Shown here: positions 53,945 to 62,308 of the stretch, piece by piece
Numbering within the stretch: position 1 is the first letter of the stretch
Layout of the letters: each line of letters starts with the position of its first letter
Virus record (IMG/VR): IMGVR_UViG_3300038393_000340
Location: 6,372 to 70,371 of that record
DNA: 64,000 bases
Origin: a virus
Lineage: Duplodnaviria > Caudoviricetes
Reading direction: 5' to 3' (one strand)
Translations under genes and position numbers: made by a program
The notes under the pieces: model-generated
Told to the model about the DNA's origin: nothing
What the model saw: the letters and a program-made list of their open reading frames with translations, nothing else
Databases searched by the model: none

Positions 53945-54559
53945 TTAAAGAATCTTCACGGTGTCCACGGAAGAAAAAGTATGGATATGGCCATTGGCTT
54001 CTTCGGTGTGGGTGCCACGGCGAATCAGGTGGTAGTGGCCATCTTCAGCCTTGGTGGTGCGGCCTCCGAGGAATTCGCCGTTGGGTCCATACTTGACGCC
54101 AAACGTGTGCTCATGGGCGCCGTCGCCCTTGGTCGTGGTCGTGCGTCCCGTCACCACGTCATCCATTTCTATTTCGCGTTCTTGGTCTTCGCGGTTGACG
54201 AGGGCTTCCATGGAGAACCCGTTGATCTCACCCTTGAGGACCTTGTTCCACGTTTCGTCGTCGGGAATGTGGACGGCAACCACCCACGAACCAGGGATGA
54301 AGTCCGGGTCACCCTTGCGGGCAATGAACGACTCCACGACGGTGATCCCATCCGTGGTTTCGTTCTGGTGCTCTTGGTCGATCTGGTCCATGCGCTGTTG
54401 GCGGACAAAATCATGGGCCATCTTTTGGATTTCTTCAGCGGTCATGAATTCGCCATCCGAATCCGGACGGTTCGGTGCGTACACCTCACCCATCACGATG
54501 CGCTGGTGGGGGGCGTCGGACTTGACTACAAAGACGGGATTTTTCATGGCAGGGTCCAC
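53945..54559 (-). CDS. XkdF-like putative prohead serine protease
   Basis: RIV.GEVYAP...D.DGEF.TAEEI.K.AH.F, H, VVES.IA, GSW.V.V.I.DD..W..V..GEI.GFS. Confidence 0.88.
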   Translation of the reverse strand: MDPAMKNPVFVVKSDAPHQRIVMGEVYAPNRPDSDGEFMTAEEIQKMAHDFVRQQRMDQIDQEHQNETTDGITVVESFIARKGDPDFIPGSWVVAVHIPDDETWNKVLKGEINGFSMEALVNREDQEREIEMDDVVTGRTTTTKGDGAHEHTFGVKYGPNGEFLGGRTTKAEDGHYHLIRRGTHTEEANGHIHTFSSVDTVKIL

Positions 54560-54614
54560 GCAATTGATTGCACAAATTGCGTGTGACTTTAAACCTACCG
54601 GAAACTAATTGCAA

Positions 54615-54794
54615 CTAGGAATATTTCTGTAGAACAGCTTTGGCGCGTTCTTCGGTGTAGCCAAGGCGCTCCACCAAGTACTGGAATACTTGGGCGGTGC
54701 GGTCCACGTTGGCGTTTTTCACCAAGAGCTTGAGGGTGGTGGCAGTGCGGTTGGAGCCGTCAGGACCCACCATACGGAGAGGTTGGGCTTTCAT
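54615..54794 (-). CDS. small hypothetical protein (59 aa)
   Basis: Manual translation MKAQPLRMVGPDGSNRTATTLKLLVKNANVDRTAQVFQYLVERLGYTEERAKAVLQKYS; ATGA overlap with MuF. Confidence 0.55.
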   Translation of the reverse strand: MKAQPLRMVGPDGSNRTATTLKLLVKNANVDRTAQVFQYLVERLGYTEERAKAVLQKYS

Positions 54795-56401
54795 GCTGTG
54801 GCCTTGCGGAAGTATTGGACGGCGTTGGGATTATTCAGCGGCAGGCGCATCCCCAGTTGTTCCCTGCTCAGCAGGTATTCGCCCACCTTCTGGCCGTCGA
54901 TGGTGAATGGCAGATTCAACAGGGCTTGGAGCCCGTCTTCGGAGCGGCTGGACAAAACGTCGATCACGGCTTGCTGCTCATGCTCCGACAGGGATGAAAT
55001 AGTCAGGTCCCCGGCATCCAATTGGGTGAGGATATCGTTTTTCAAATCGTACCAATCCGCCGTACTTGGGACGAAACCCATGTCAGAGTACGAGCGTACC
55101 GAATCGCCATCCACCGCCATAGTCAGGTACTCCGCCCCCATGGATAGTCCGACATCTACCATGCCATTCATGATCAGGCCAAGGTTGGTGGCGGCAGCGG
55201 TCGGGGTCGAGTCCAAGAACAGGGCAGACATCACCTTCATCACGGAAGCGTAGGGGTCGTATGTCATGGCCATGGCCAGCTTCGATCCCAAGTCTCCCGG
55301 CAGGGTATTCTTCACTGCAAACTTGATGTCCCCGTTCTGGTCGAACGAAATCACCTTCTTCTTGGCTTCCATCACGTCTTGCTGGGTCAGCCCGCTCACC
55401 TTGGACACGAAATCCACAGGCTTCAAGTTCACGTAGGTGTTCCAAAGGTCAAGCTGGTCAGGAGTGATTGGGTTGCCGATGTCTTGGAAGTCCTGGGGGG
55501 TGGACTTCTTCTCCGGGATGATCCGCGCCTCCTGTGGGACTTCAGGCATTTGAATCTTGGGTGCCGACCCAACTTTTGTGCACAGCGTGCGGCAGTTGGG
55601 GTGGAACGGCGGGATATGCAGGCCCATCCGGGTCAGTTCGGCGGAACTGGCCTTGCTGAACATTTCGATGGAAGCCTTATCCTGCTTGGGCCATGGCTGC
55701 ACCGTCTTCAGGTCGTTGGGGTCTTGAACTTTCAAGACACGGTTGATCATGCTCGTGGCGTCAGCGACCTTGAAGCGCTTGCCATTGATGGCACGGCAGA
55801 ATGCCGAAGTGCGGCCATCCAGCACGGCAGTCAACTGGTACTCCGTATAGCCCAGCACCTCAGCCTCCGCCGTGAACCCCCATGTGGATAGGCGTGACGA
55901 GTGGAGGGATGAAATCATCTTCAGTTGGCTGTTGCCAGCCTGCTGGAACGACACGAAGTCCTTCACGTACCGTTGCTTTTCCGCCTTGGTGGCGGGGGCA
56001 ACTTCAGCCCGCGCAATTGATTGCAGCGCGTCTTGCTGTACGGACTGGGTGACGTTGTAGGCAAGAAGTTGCATGAAGTTGTCCACCACCAAGTCCAGCA
56101 GTCCATCATGGTTGGAGGCGGACACGAAGGTTTTGCTGGGGTCCATCCCGCCTGCCATCGCCCCGCCATACAGAATGCATGACTGGAGGATGGCCTTGAT
56201 GTAGTTGCGGCATTCGTCTCCCACATCCACGAAGCTGATGGTGGAAACAACCTGCCGGGCGTCATCAAACTTCCCCTCCGCAATGAGGGTGTTGATCTGC
56301 TCCATCAAGGCAGAGGCTTGTGGTTGCCACGCCCGCAACAAGACACGTTGCAGGCTGGCTTCCAAGTCGAGGTAGGAACGAAAGTCCATCAGTGGGAGCA
56401 A
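54791..56401 (-). CDS. MuF/SPP1 gp7-like head morphogenesis protein with C-terminal extension
   Basis: YQ..AVLDGRTS.FCR.I.GK.F and PPFHPNCRT, followed by about 260 extra aa. Confidence 0.85.
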   Translation of the reverse strand: MLPLMDFRSYLDLEASLQRVLLRAWQPQASALMEQINTLIAEGKFDDARQVVSTISFVDVGDECRNYIKAILQSCILYGGAMAGGMDPSKTFVSASNHDGLLDLVVDNFMQLLAYNVTQSVQQDALQSIARAEVAPATKAEKQRYVKDFVSFQQAGNSQLKMISSLHSSRLSTWGFTAEAEVLGYTEYQLTAVLDGRTSAFCRAINGKRFKVADATSMINRVLKVQDPNDLKTVQPWPKQDKASIEMFSKASSAELTRMGLHIPPFHPNCRTLCTKVGSAPKIQMPEVPQEARIIPEKKSTPQDFQDIGNPITPDQLDLWNTYVNLKPVDFVSKVSGLTQQDVMEAKKKVISFDQNGDIKFAVKNTLPGDLGSKLAMAMTYDPYASVMKVMSALFLDSTPTAAATNLGLIMNGMVDVGLSMGAEYLTMAVDGDSVRSYSDMGFVPSTADWYDLKNDILTQLDAGDLTISSLSEHEQQAVIDVLSSRSEDGLQALLNLPFTIDGQKVGEYLLSREQLGMRLPLNNPNAVQYFRKATA

Positions 56402-58176
56402 AGGTGCGAGTGGCCGGATTCAAACACGAAGTTGGCTACCATCGTTTGGAATTCGCGCAGGGTGTCGCGGTCCATCTTCTCGATGGCATCGGCCACGCCC
56501 ATTTCCTCTTCCGGTGACATTTCATGCTTCAGGGCCAGCAAGCCTTGGATGCCGCAATACTTGCGGGCCAGTTCCAGCAATTCACTCTTCACGCCGGGTG
56601 ACGGATCACTGAGGGCGCCACCACCACTTTGGCTGGGCTTCGGAACCTTGACAGGACCGCCTTGCTTCAACTGCTGATTCTGGATGTCCATCCGCTCGAT
56701 GGTCTTATCGTGCATCTGCTGGGAGTTGGCGTTGGTCTGCTGATCAGCAGCGGCTTGGGCCTTTGCGGCTTCCGTGTCGTAGTTCAGAGTCAAGCCAGTG
56801 ATGTCGTTCACGGCAGCAACGAAGTCTTCAGGTTTCACCATCGTCTGCACCAGCGGCAGCGCGGCCACTTGGTCGGCAGCGTTCTTCATGGTGATGCCCT
56901 TGGACTTGATCTTGGTGTTCTTGATGCCCAGTTCCTTGAGGATGGTCTTGTTGATCACCTCATCGAACTCCACCCGCTCCGGAGAGAACACTTGGGCTTC
57001 CGCCACCATGTAGGAGACCACGGCGGTGGCGAAGTTATGCTCTGCCGAATCCCCGATGAACAGCGGCGGCAGGCGGAAGCTTTTCCTGATGTGGTCTTCC
57101 GTATTCTTGTCGTAGTTCTGGAACATAGCGTCATTGGCCATTTCCGCACCGAAGCGCTCCACCGTCACCTTCACGGTGCCTGCGGCATCCAGCGAGCCGG
57201 ACGACGACTGGGCTTCCACCACGACGGCGCGGTTGCGGTTCTTGTTCTTGCCCGACAGGTAGTTGCGCAGTTGGTCGGCGGCATCACCCGCCAACGTACC
57301 GCCTTGGACGAAGATCAGGGCCGGGGGCATGCCACCCGCATCGAAGTACTCCAGGTTGTGTTCTTCCGCCTTGCGCGAACCAATCACGGAGGGCAATTGG
57401 TTGATCCAGCGCGGCACGCCGTACGGAGAGGTCGGGTCCGGGTTGACGTTAAAAAACAACAGTTCGGTGGCACGGTCTTCAAGGGCGACGGGGTTGTCCG
57501 GCGATTCCCACTCCCCCGTGTGCTTGTTCAGTTGGCGGGTGGTTCCATACTCACGGAAGTAGACCTTGCGTGCCGCCATGTACAGCACCCCGAAGCGGCG
57601 TTCCCGCTCCATCATGGTCAGTTCGATTTCCTTGCCGTTGCGGGTGATCTTCTTCTTCACCTCCACCGGGTCGTCCAGTTTGACAAGACGAACAGTAGTG
57701 GATTCAAGGTTGCGGAATCCCACCAGATCACCACTGACGGCGCGCAAGACTTCCAAGAAGGCATAGCCCGTGGATTCCAGATCGCGGCGGAACTTGCGGC
57801 GGATGGATTGGTACGACTTGCCAGGGTAGGGCTCACCAAAGAACCCATCGATGATTTCTTTTTCCTTCTGGTCCACATCCTTGGTGTCGTCCACATTGAC
57901 GAGTTCGTAGCCGGTGGAGTCGATGTTGACTTCCATGGCTTCGATACATTGGGACAGGATGTTGTTTTGCGTCACCAGCCGGGCCAGGACTTTCGGCTCG
58001 TACGGGGGGCAGAGGAACAGATTGGACGAATGCTTATCTGTCCAATAGAAATTGGAAAACTCGTCTTCCAATTCAAGGGCGGAGTCAGCCATCACCAAGT
58101 AGGTGTCGCCCTTGATTACCTTCTGGACGTAGGAGACCTTTGGTTCAGGTTTCACATCTTTTTTAGCGTTTGACAT
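56389..58176 (-). CDS. portal protein (PBSX/HK97-type)
   Basis: RDLE.TG.AFLEV.R, YGVPRW, N.EYF..G..P.ALI...GG.L, IRKSF.LPPL.IG; start re-called at MSNAKK. Confidence 0.92.
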   Translation of the reverse strand: MSNAKKDVKPEPKVSYVQKVIKGDTYLVMADSALELEDEFSNFYWTDKHSSNLFLCPPYEPKVLARLVTQNNILSQCIEAMEVNIDSTGYELVNVDDTKDVDQKEKEIIDGFFGEPYPGKSYQSIRRKFRRDLESTGYAFLEVLRAVSGDLVGFRNLESTTVRLVKLDDPVEVKKKITRNGKEIELTMMERERRFGVLYMAARKVYFREYGTTRQLNKHTGEWESPDNPVALEDRATELLFFNVNPDPTSPYGVPRWINQLPSVIGSRKAEEHNLEYFDAGGMPPALIFVQGGTLAGDAADQLRNYLSGKNKNRNRAVVVEAQSSSGSLDAAGTVKVTVERFGAEMANDAMFQNYDKNTEDHIRKSFRLPPLFIGDSAEHNFATAVVSYMVAEAQVFSPERVEFDEVINKTILKELGIKNTKIKSKGITMKNAADQVAALPLVQTMVKPEDFVAAVNDITGLTLNYDTEAAKAQAAADQQTNANSQQMHDKTIERMDIQNQQLKQGGPVKVPKPSQSGGGALSDPSPGVKSELLELARKYCGIQGLLALKHEMSPEEEMGVADAIEKMDRDTLREFQTMVANFVFESGHSHLCSH

Positions 58177-58203
58177 ACCAACCTCTTGCAAGAAAGTTGG
58201 CCT

Positions 58204-58233
58204 ATTATAAGACCTTCCTCTAGGAAACTTCAA
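58204..58233 (-). promoter_or_regulatory. putative promoter for the portal operon
   Basis: TTGAAG-18bp-TATAAT upstream of the re-called portal start. Confidence 0.5.
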
Positions 58234-58236
58234 ACG

Positions 58237-58268
58237 AAAAAAAAGACCGGGGGTTGGCGCCCGGTCTT
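58237..58268 (-). terminator. rho-independent terminator
   Basis: GACCGGG/CCCGGTC stem plus 8 U on the minus strand. Confidence 0.8.
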
Positions 58269-58325
58269 GAACTCTTCTACCTATCCCTGTAAGGAAAGAG
58301 CCTTTAGTGTATTGTGCAAACCTGA

Positions 58326-58925
58326 TTAAGTCAAGCTAACTTTCAATCCGGATTTCTTTTCAAAGAACCCTTGGTACGCGGCGAACTTCATCTTGTCACG
58401 GGGGCTCATTTCATATTCGTAGTCAAGGAAACCTTGGGCCTGGAAAATCTTGTTGGCGAAGTGGCTGGCATAGGTGTCCGGGTCCTCGTTGAACTGGCCG
58501 GTCATTCGCCCGAATACCAGGGACATACCAATGTCCCGCTCCTTGCCCACCAACTGGTTGGCCACTCCCACCTTAACGTCTTCGTCGCTCACCCCGTAAA
58601 GACCATACCGTTGGCGAACCACATCTGAGTTGATCCCCTTGCTAGCGAACAGGCTTCCGTTCGGGGTCACGCACACCACGGTCACGCCTTGGACCGATGC
58701 CATGCCGATGTCTTGGGCCGACAGAGCCGAGCCATTCGGGTGGTTGTGAACCACATAGGCCACGTTGGAGATGTCATACCCCTCAAACGAGACTTGGTGC
58801 TCCTCTCCGTGTACCACGAACAGGGCATTGCCATAAACATCCAGTGCCACGAGGTGTTCCTTGTTGTCTTCGGCGCCAAGTTCACGGACATAGGCGGCAG
58901 CTTTTTTCACGAGTTCAAAGTTCAT
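58326..58925 (-). CDS. JAB/MPN-like metalloprotein
   Basis: KEHLVALD (Glu) ... VVHNHPNGSALSAQD = E-xn-HxH-x6-S-x2-D. Confidence 0.7.
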   Translation of the reverse strand: MNFELVKKAAAYVRELGAEDNKEHLVALDVYGNALFVVHGEEHQVSFEGYDISNVAYVVHNHPNGSALSAQDIGMASVQGVTVVCVTPNGSLFASKGINSDVVRQRYGLYGVSDEDVKVGVANQLVGKERDIGMSLVFGRMTGQFNEDPDTYASHFANKIFQAQGFLDYEYEMSPRDKMKFAAYQGFFEKKSGLKVSLT

Positions 58926-58940
58926 ATCGCACTCCTTGCG

Positions 58941-59057
58941 TTAGTAGTAGAAGTAGACAAGCACGCACTCAATTGCAACGTAGAGAACACTTGCCAGAAG
59001 GACACAGGTTTCACACATCGACACATTCTTGAAGGCGGGAATTGCCGGGATTTTCAT
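58941..59057 (-). CDS. small membrane protein (38 aa)
   Basis: MKIPAIP...VLLASVLYVAIECVLVYFYY; GGAGG RBS. Confidence 0.4.
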   Translation of the reverse strand: MKIPAIPAFKNVSMCETCVLLASVLYVAIECVLVYFYY

Positions 59058-59058
59058 G

Positions 59059-59184
59059 TCACCTCCGGAACAGCAGGAGGGCCAGTACCGACAGGAGAAC
59101 CGGGGAGGCCACAGCAGCCAATGCCAATCCGGTAAAGACACGCCACATCACATTGCAGGCGTAACACTTATTGGAATCTTCCAT
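59059..59184 (-). CDS. small membrane protein (41 aa)
   Basis: MEDSNKCYACNVMWRVFTGLALAAVASPVLLSVLALLLFRR; AAGGAGTG RBS. Confidence 0.5.
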   Translation of the reverse strand: MEDSNKCYACNVMWRVFTGLALAAVASPVLLSVLALLLFRR

Positions 59185-59199
59185 GTCGCACTCCTTGCG

Positions 59200-59216
59200 A
59201 AAGCCCCCGAAGGGGC
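59200..59216 (-). terminator. short hairpin with UUCG loop, possible terminator
   Basis: GCCCC-TTCG-GGGGC-TTT on the minus strand. Confidence 0.5.
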
Positions 59217-59221
59217 GGGAA

Positions 59222-59377
59222 TCAACTATTCAACCACTCTTCGTAGCTCTTGACCTTCCAGCCAAGGTCTTCAGCAGCAGCCACATAGATTTGGTATTCG
59301 GCATCATTGGTGCCACGGTATTGGGTCTGCCAATCGGCTTTCACTTCAAGACGGGGATCAACGTAGTCAGCATTCAT
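59222..59377 (-). CDS. small hypothetical protein
   Basis: Start re-called at MNADY (AAGGAGTG RBS), first gene after the promoter at 59420. Confidence 0.6.
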   Translation of the reverse strand: MNADYVDPRLEVKADWQTQYRGTNDAEYQIYVAAAEDLGWKVKSYEEWLNS

Positions 59378-59419
59378 TTTCCACTCCTTGGAAGTCACAA
59401 CAATCTCAACCACAAGGAC

Positions 59420-59448
59420 AGTTTAACACTGCCCAAGTGGTTTGTCAA
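59420..59448 (-). promoter_or_regulatory. sigma70-type promoter, class I
   Basis: TTTGACAAACC..., TTGACA-17bp-TAAACT. Confidence 0.75.
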
Positions 59449-59482
59449 AGAGTTTGTGCAATCAATTGCGCAGACTTCTGAA

Positions 59483-59707
59483 CTAGTACACGGAGTAAGG
59501 TTTGACAATAGGGGCGGGCAGCAGTATCCGGACTTTCCTGCCATCATGGAGTTTCACCCACATCACGGTTGGGTTATTGGGGTCAGACAGGTTTTCAATT
59601 TTCACTTCCTGAACCCCAACTCTATAGTCTTCCGCTCCCTCAGGTGTGAAGATAATGAACTCCCCTTTCGTCATGCCGGTAACGATTTGTTGAGCTATAT
59701 GTCCCAT
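59483..59707 (-). CDS. hypothetical protein
   Basis: 74-aa ORF, GGAG RBS. Confidence 0.6.
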   Translation of the reverse strand: MGHIAQQIVTGMTKGEFIIFTPEGAEDYRVGVQEVKIENLSDPNNPTVMWVKLHDGRKVRILLPAPIVKPYSVY

Positions 59708-59907
59708 CAGTCCTCCACTCGCAAGTAAGCCACGGGCTCCCCTTGACCAGTATCAGCGATGTGAATCACTGTACGGACAGTCCAGACTCGATCCTCTACT
59801 TCAATCTGTTCGCCCATGTTTGGGACTCGTCCGAATTCATGATTGCGGATTTTTTGGTGTTTCATATATTCAACGGCAACCTTCATGGTGTTCTCCTTAT
59901 GCAGCAA
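59707..59907 (-). CDS. hypothetical protein
   Basis: ORF with AAGGAG RBS before MKVAV. Confidence 0.6.
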   Translation of the reverse strand: MLHKENTMKVAVEYMKHQKIRNHEFGRVPNMGEQIEVEDRVWTVRTVIHIADTGQGEPVAYLRVED

Positions 59908-62308
59908 GTTTGAGTTTTTTCAGGTCGGCCATGTTCTTGCCGATCTTCGCGTCAGCGGTGAAGACAAGACGTGGTTTCCAGCCCACTTTGTGGAAGGGAA
60001 GGTTTTGCATGCTGTCCAGTTCCCGCTTTACATACATTTCCACGTTGTCCTCAGGTATGTAGTTGTAGAGGGCGTCATGGATGGCGCCGAAGGCCGGGCA
60101 CACCTCCGTCCAGCCATTGGCTTGGGCGATGGCGGCGGACCACAGCAGCATATCGGACAGCGTTCCTTGGATCGGCGCGTTGATGGCTTGACGTTCCGCC
60201 TTGGCCCGGATGTCTTGCATGGGGGAGTTGATCAGCGGGAGGTGGCGCACACGTCCCAGCGGCGAGCGCACGAACCCATTCTTGCGAGCAAACTTCTTGT
60301 ACTCGTCGTGGTAGTCAGGTAGTTGCGGGTAGCGCAGGAAGAATCCAGTCCTGAATTTGTCCGCATCAGACCTGAAGAAATTCTTGACCCCGTAGTTGTT
60401 GATTGCGTAGTCGTAGAAGCCATCTGCACCCATGCCATAGATCAAGCCGAAATTACCTGCCTTGCCAAGCTGGCGAATCTCTTCAAACAGGTGGAACAGT
60501 TCTGGATTGGTGTCCTCCATGGCTTTCATGGCCATCATGTCTTCGTACTCGTAGCCCCGGAACGGCCCGGCAGTCAGCGAATGGAGGTCCATGTCCTGTA
60601 GATAGGCTTGGATCATGTTCTCTTCGTTGGCCACACAGGCGATGACCTTCAATTCCCCTTGGGAGTAGTCGCGCTCACACACCACGTAGCCAGGGGGCGC
60701 CGGGAAGCAGCGGCGGATGCGCTTGCCCCATGCCGTATGTTTGGGAATGGTCTGGAATGCCGGGTCCTTGCATGACAACCGCCCTGTGTTCGTGCCCCCC
60801 TCGTCCTCATCCTTCTTGCCGACAAAGAACCAGTAGGAGGGGTGGAACTTGCCGTCTGAACGGATGTGCTTTTGAAAGCCCCGCACGTAGGTGCTCATGG
60901 TCTTACTGGCACTGGCATACGCCTTGATGATGCTCACGAACTCCTTGGCGGCAGGGTCATCTTCAAACATCAACAGGTGCTCCATGGCCGTGGATGGCTC
61001 ACCCGATTTCTCCGTCATCATCTTGGGCTTCAAGTTCAGGCCCATGGGGGAGAACATGAAGTCTTTCAGCAGGGAGGCTTTCGTCAGGTTCAGGCCGAGT
61101 TCCTGTTTGGGGTCATGGTGCTTGATGCACAGGCGCCCACCCATCATGGCCTTGGCCTTCTTGACGTGGGTGGTCATGTCGGACAACAGGTCGGCTTCCA
61201 ACTCCTTGTAGGCGTCCATGTCCACCAGCACCCCGCCCTGCTCCACCTCTTCAAAGGCGCGGGCAGCGGGATGCAGGATGTTGACGTAGAAGGCGGTGGC
61301 TGCGGGGTCGGCCAGCAGTTCCGCCGTCATGGCCTTGCGGACTTGGTGGCAAGCGTCGGTGTCCCCGCCCGCGTAGGGCAACAGCTTTTCCGGGGGCACA
61401 AGGTCCATGCGGGATTTGTCCACGCTCAGGTCGAATTGATCCGAGTATCCTCCAAGTGCCGGAACATAAATCTTGGCGTGCACGTCCAGGCCATTGGAGC
61501 GGTTTTCATCCAGCATGGAGCCCACCAACGTGGTGTCGAACTTGAAGTTGCTGCACTTCAGCTTGGCACGTCGGGCGATCCAGTGGAGGTCGAATTTCAG
61601 GTTGGCGCCGCCCAAGGAAATCTTGGGGGAGTTCAGGATATGCGACAGGTCCAACATGAATTGGAAGTCGCCCAACCGTTTTTCTTCATCCTCACGGGAG
61701 TGGAAGTACACCACATCCGCCATGCCGTCGTCGTAAGTCAACTGGATGGACACGATGCGGGCGCCGGGATGGTCGGCGGTAGGCAGGGCATACGGGTCCA
61801 TGCCGATGGTTTCCAAGTCCAGTTCCACGGGGACCGGCTTGTTGGTTTTGTCGTACATCTTGTCGATGGCCGCGATGGTCTCCGCGAAGTCGGGGACGTA
61901 GCGGTAGTTGCCCATCTTCGCAGCCAGCGAACCCGTCAGGGCATAGCGCATGGCCATGCCGGTGTCGCACAGCAGGTCGATGTGCTTGGCATAGTCGATG
62001 TCTCCGATGCCTGCCCCGTAGGAGAACATCAGTTGGCAGTCGGTTTCCGGCAGCTTCCACAACTGGTTGCGCAGGCTGGCCGTGGTGCGGTTCTTGGGGA
62101 GGGCCTTGATCTCTTGGAGGAACGGCTTGCAAAGGTCCCCCAAGCAAAAGATGATGCTGTCCCCGTGGGCGTAGGGAATGGTTTCCCCACCCAACACTTC
62201 GATTTCCAGTTCAGGGGACCGCTTGGTGACGGGCGCAATGGCCTTCATCACCTTTTGCAAGGAGTCCTTCGTCCATATTTTGAGTTTGCTCAATTCAGGC
62301 TCTCCCAC
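59897..62308 (-). CDS. polA: DNA polymerase family A with 3'-5' exonuclease and degenerate N-terminal UDG-like domain
   Basis: Exo I DLET, exo II NLKFD, exo III YAGGDTD; TGRLS...P.FQ.IP, DYSQGELK, R..GKAGNFG.IYG, INAPIQG, IHDAL. Confidence 0.96.
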   Translation of the reverse strand: MGEPELSKLKIWTKDSLQKVMKAIAPVTKRSPELEIEVLGGETIPYAHGDSIIFCLGDLCKPFLQEIKALPKNRTTASLRNQLWKLPETDCQLMFSYGAGIGDIDYAKHIDLLCDTGMAMRYALTGSLAAKMGNYRYVPDFAETIAAIDKMYDKTNKPVPVELDLETIGMDPYALPTADHPGARIVSIQLTYDDGMADVVYFHSREDEEKRLGDFQFMLDLSHILNSPKISLGGANLKFDLHWIARRAKLKCSNFKFDTTLVGSMLDENRSNGLDVHAKIYVPALGGYSDQFDLSVDKSRMDLVPPEKLLPYAGGDTDACHQVRKAMTAELLADPAATAFYVNILHPAARAFEEVEQGGVLVDMDAYKELEADLLSDMTTHVKKAKAMMGGRLCIKHHDPKQELGLNLTKASLLKDFMFSPMGLNLKPKMMTEKSGEPSTAMEHLLMFEDDPAAKEFVSIIKAYASASKTMSTYVRGFQKHIRSDGKFHPSYWFFVGKKDEDEGGTNTGRLSCKDPAFQTIPKHTAWGKRIRRCFPAPPGYVVCERDYSQGELKVIACVANEENMIQAYLQDMDLHSLTAGPFRGYEYEDMMAMKAMEDTNPELFHLFEEIRQLGKAGNFGLIYGMGADGFYDYAINNYGVKNFFRSDADKFRTGFFLRYPQLPDYHDEYKKFARKNGFVRSPLGRVRHLPLINSPMQDIRAKAERQAINAPIQGTLSDMLLWSAAIAQANGWTEVCPAFGAIHDALYNYIPEDNVEMYVKRELDSMQNLPFHKVGWKPRLVFTADAKIGKNMADLKKLKLAA

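Noticed and set aside
15343-54615. Weaker palindrome-like matches (15343, 26365, 28512, 50345, 54603)
   Set aside because: Two or more mismatches or half-sites only; not counted among the 28 copies.
4350-58233. Upstream-extended starts in the ORF track (4421, 6325, 18845, 34890, 51698, 58233, also 59413)
   Set aside because: They run through predicted promoters or palindrome copies and lack an RBS; downstream ATGs with good Shine-Dalgarno sequences were preferred.
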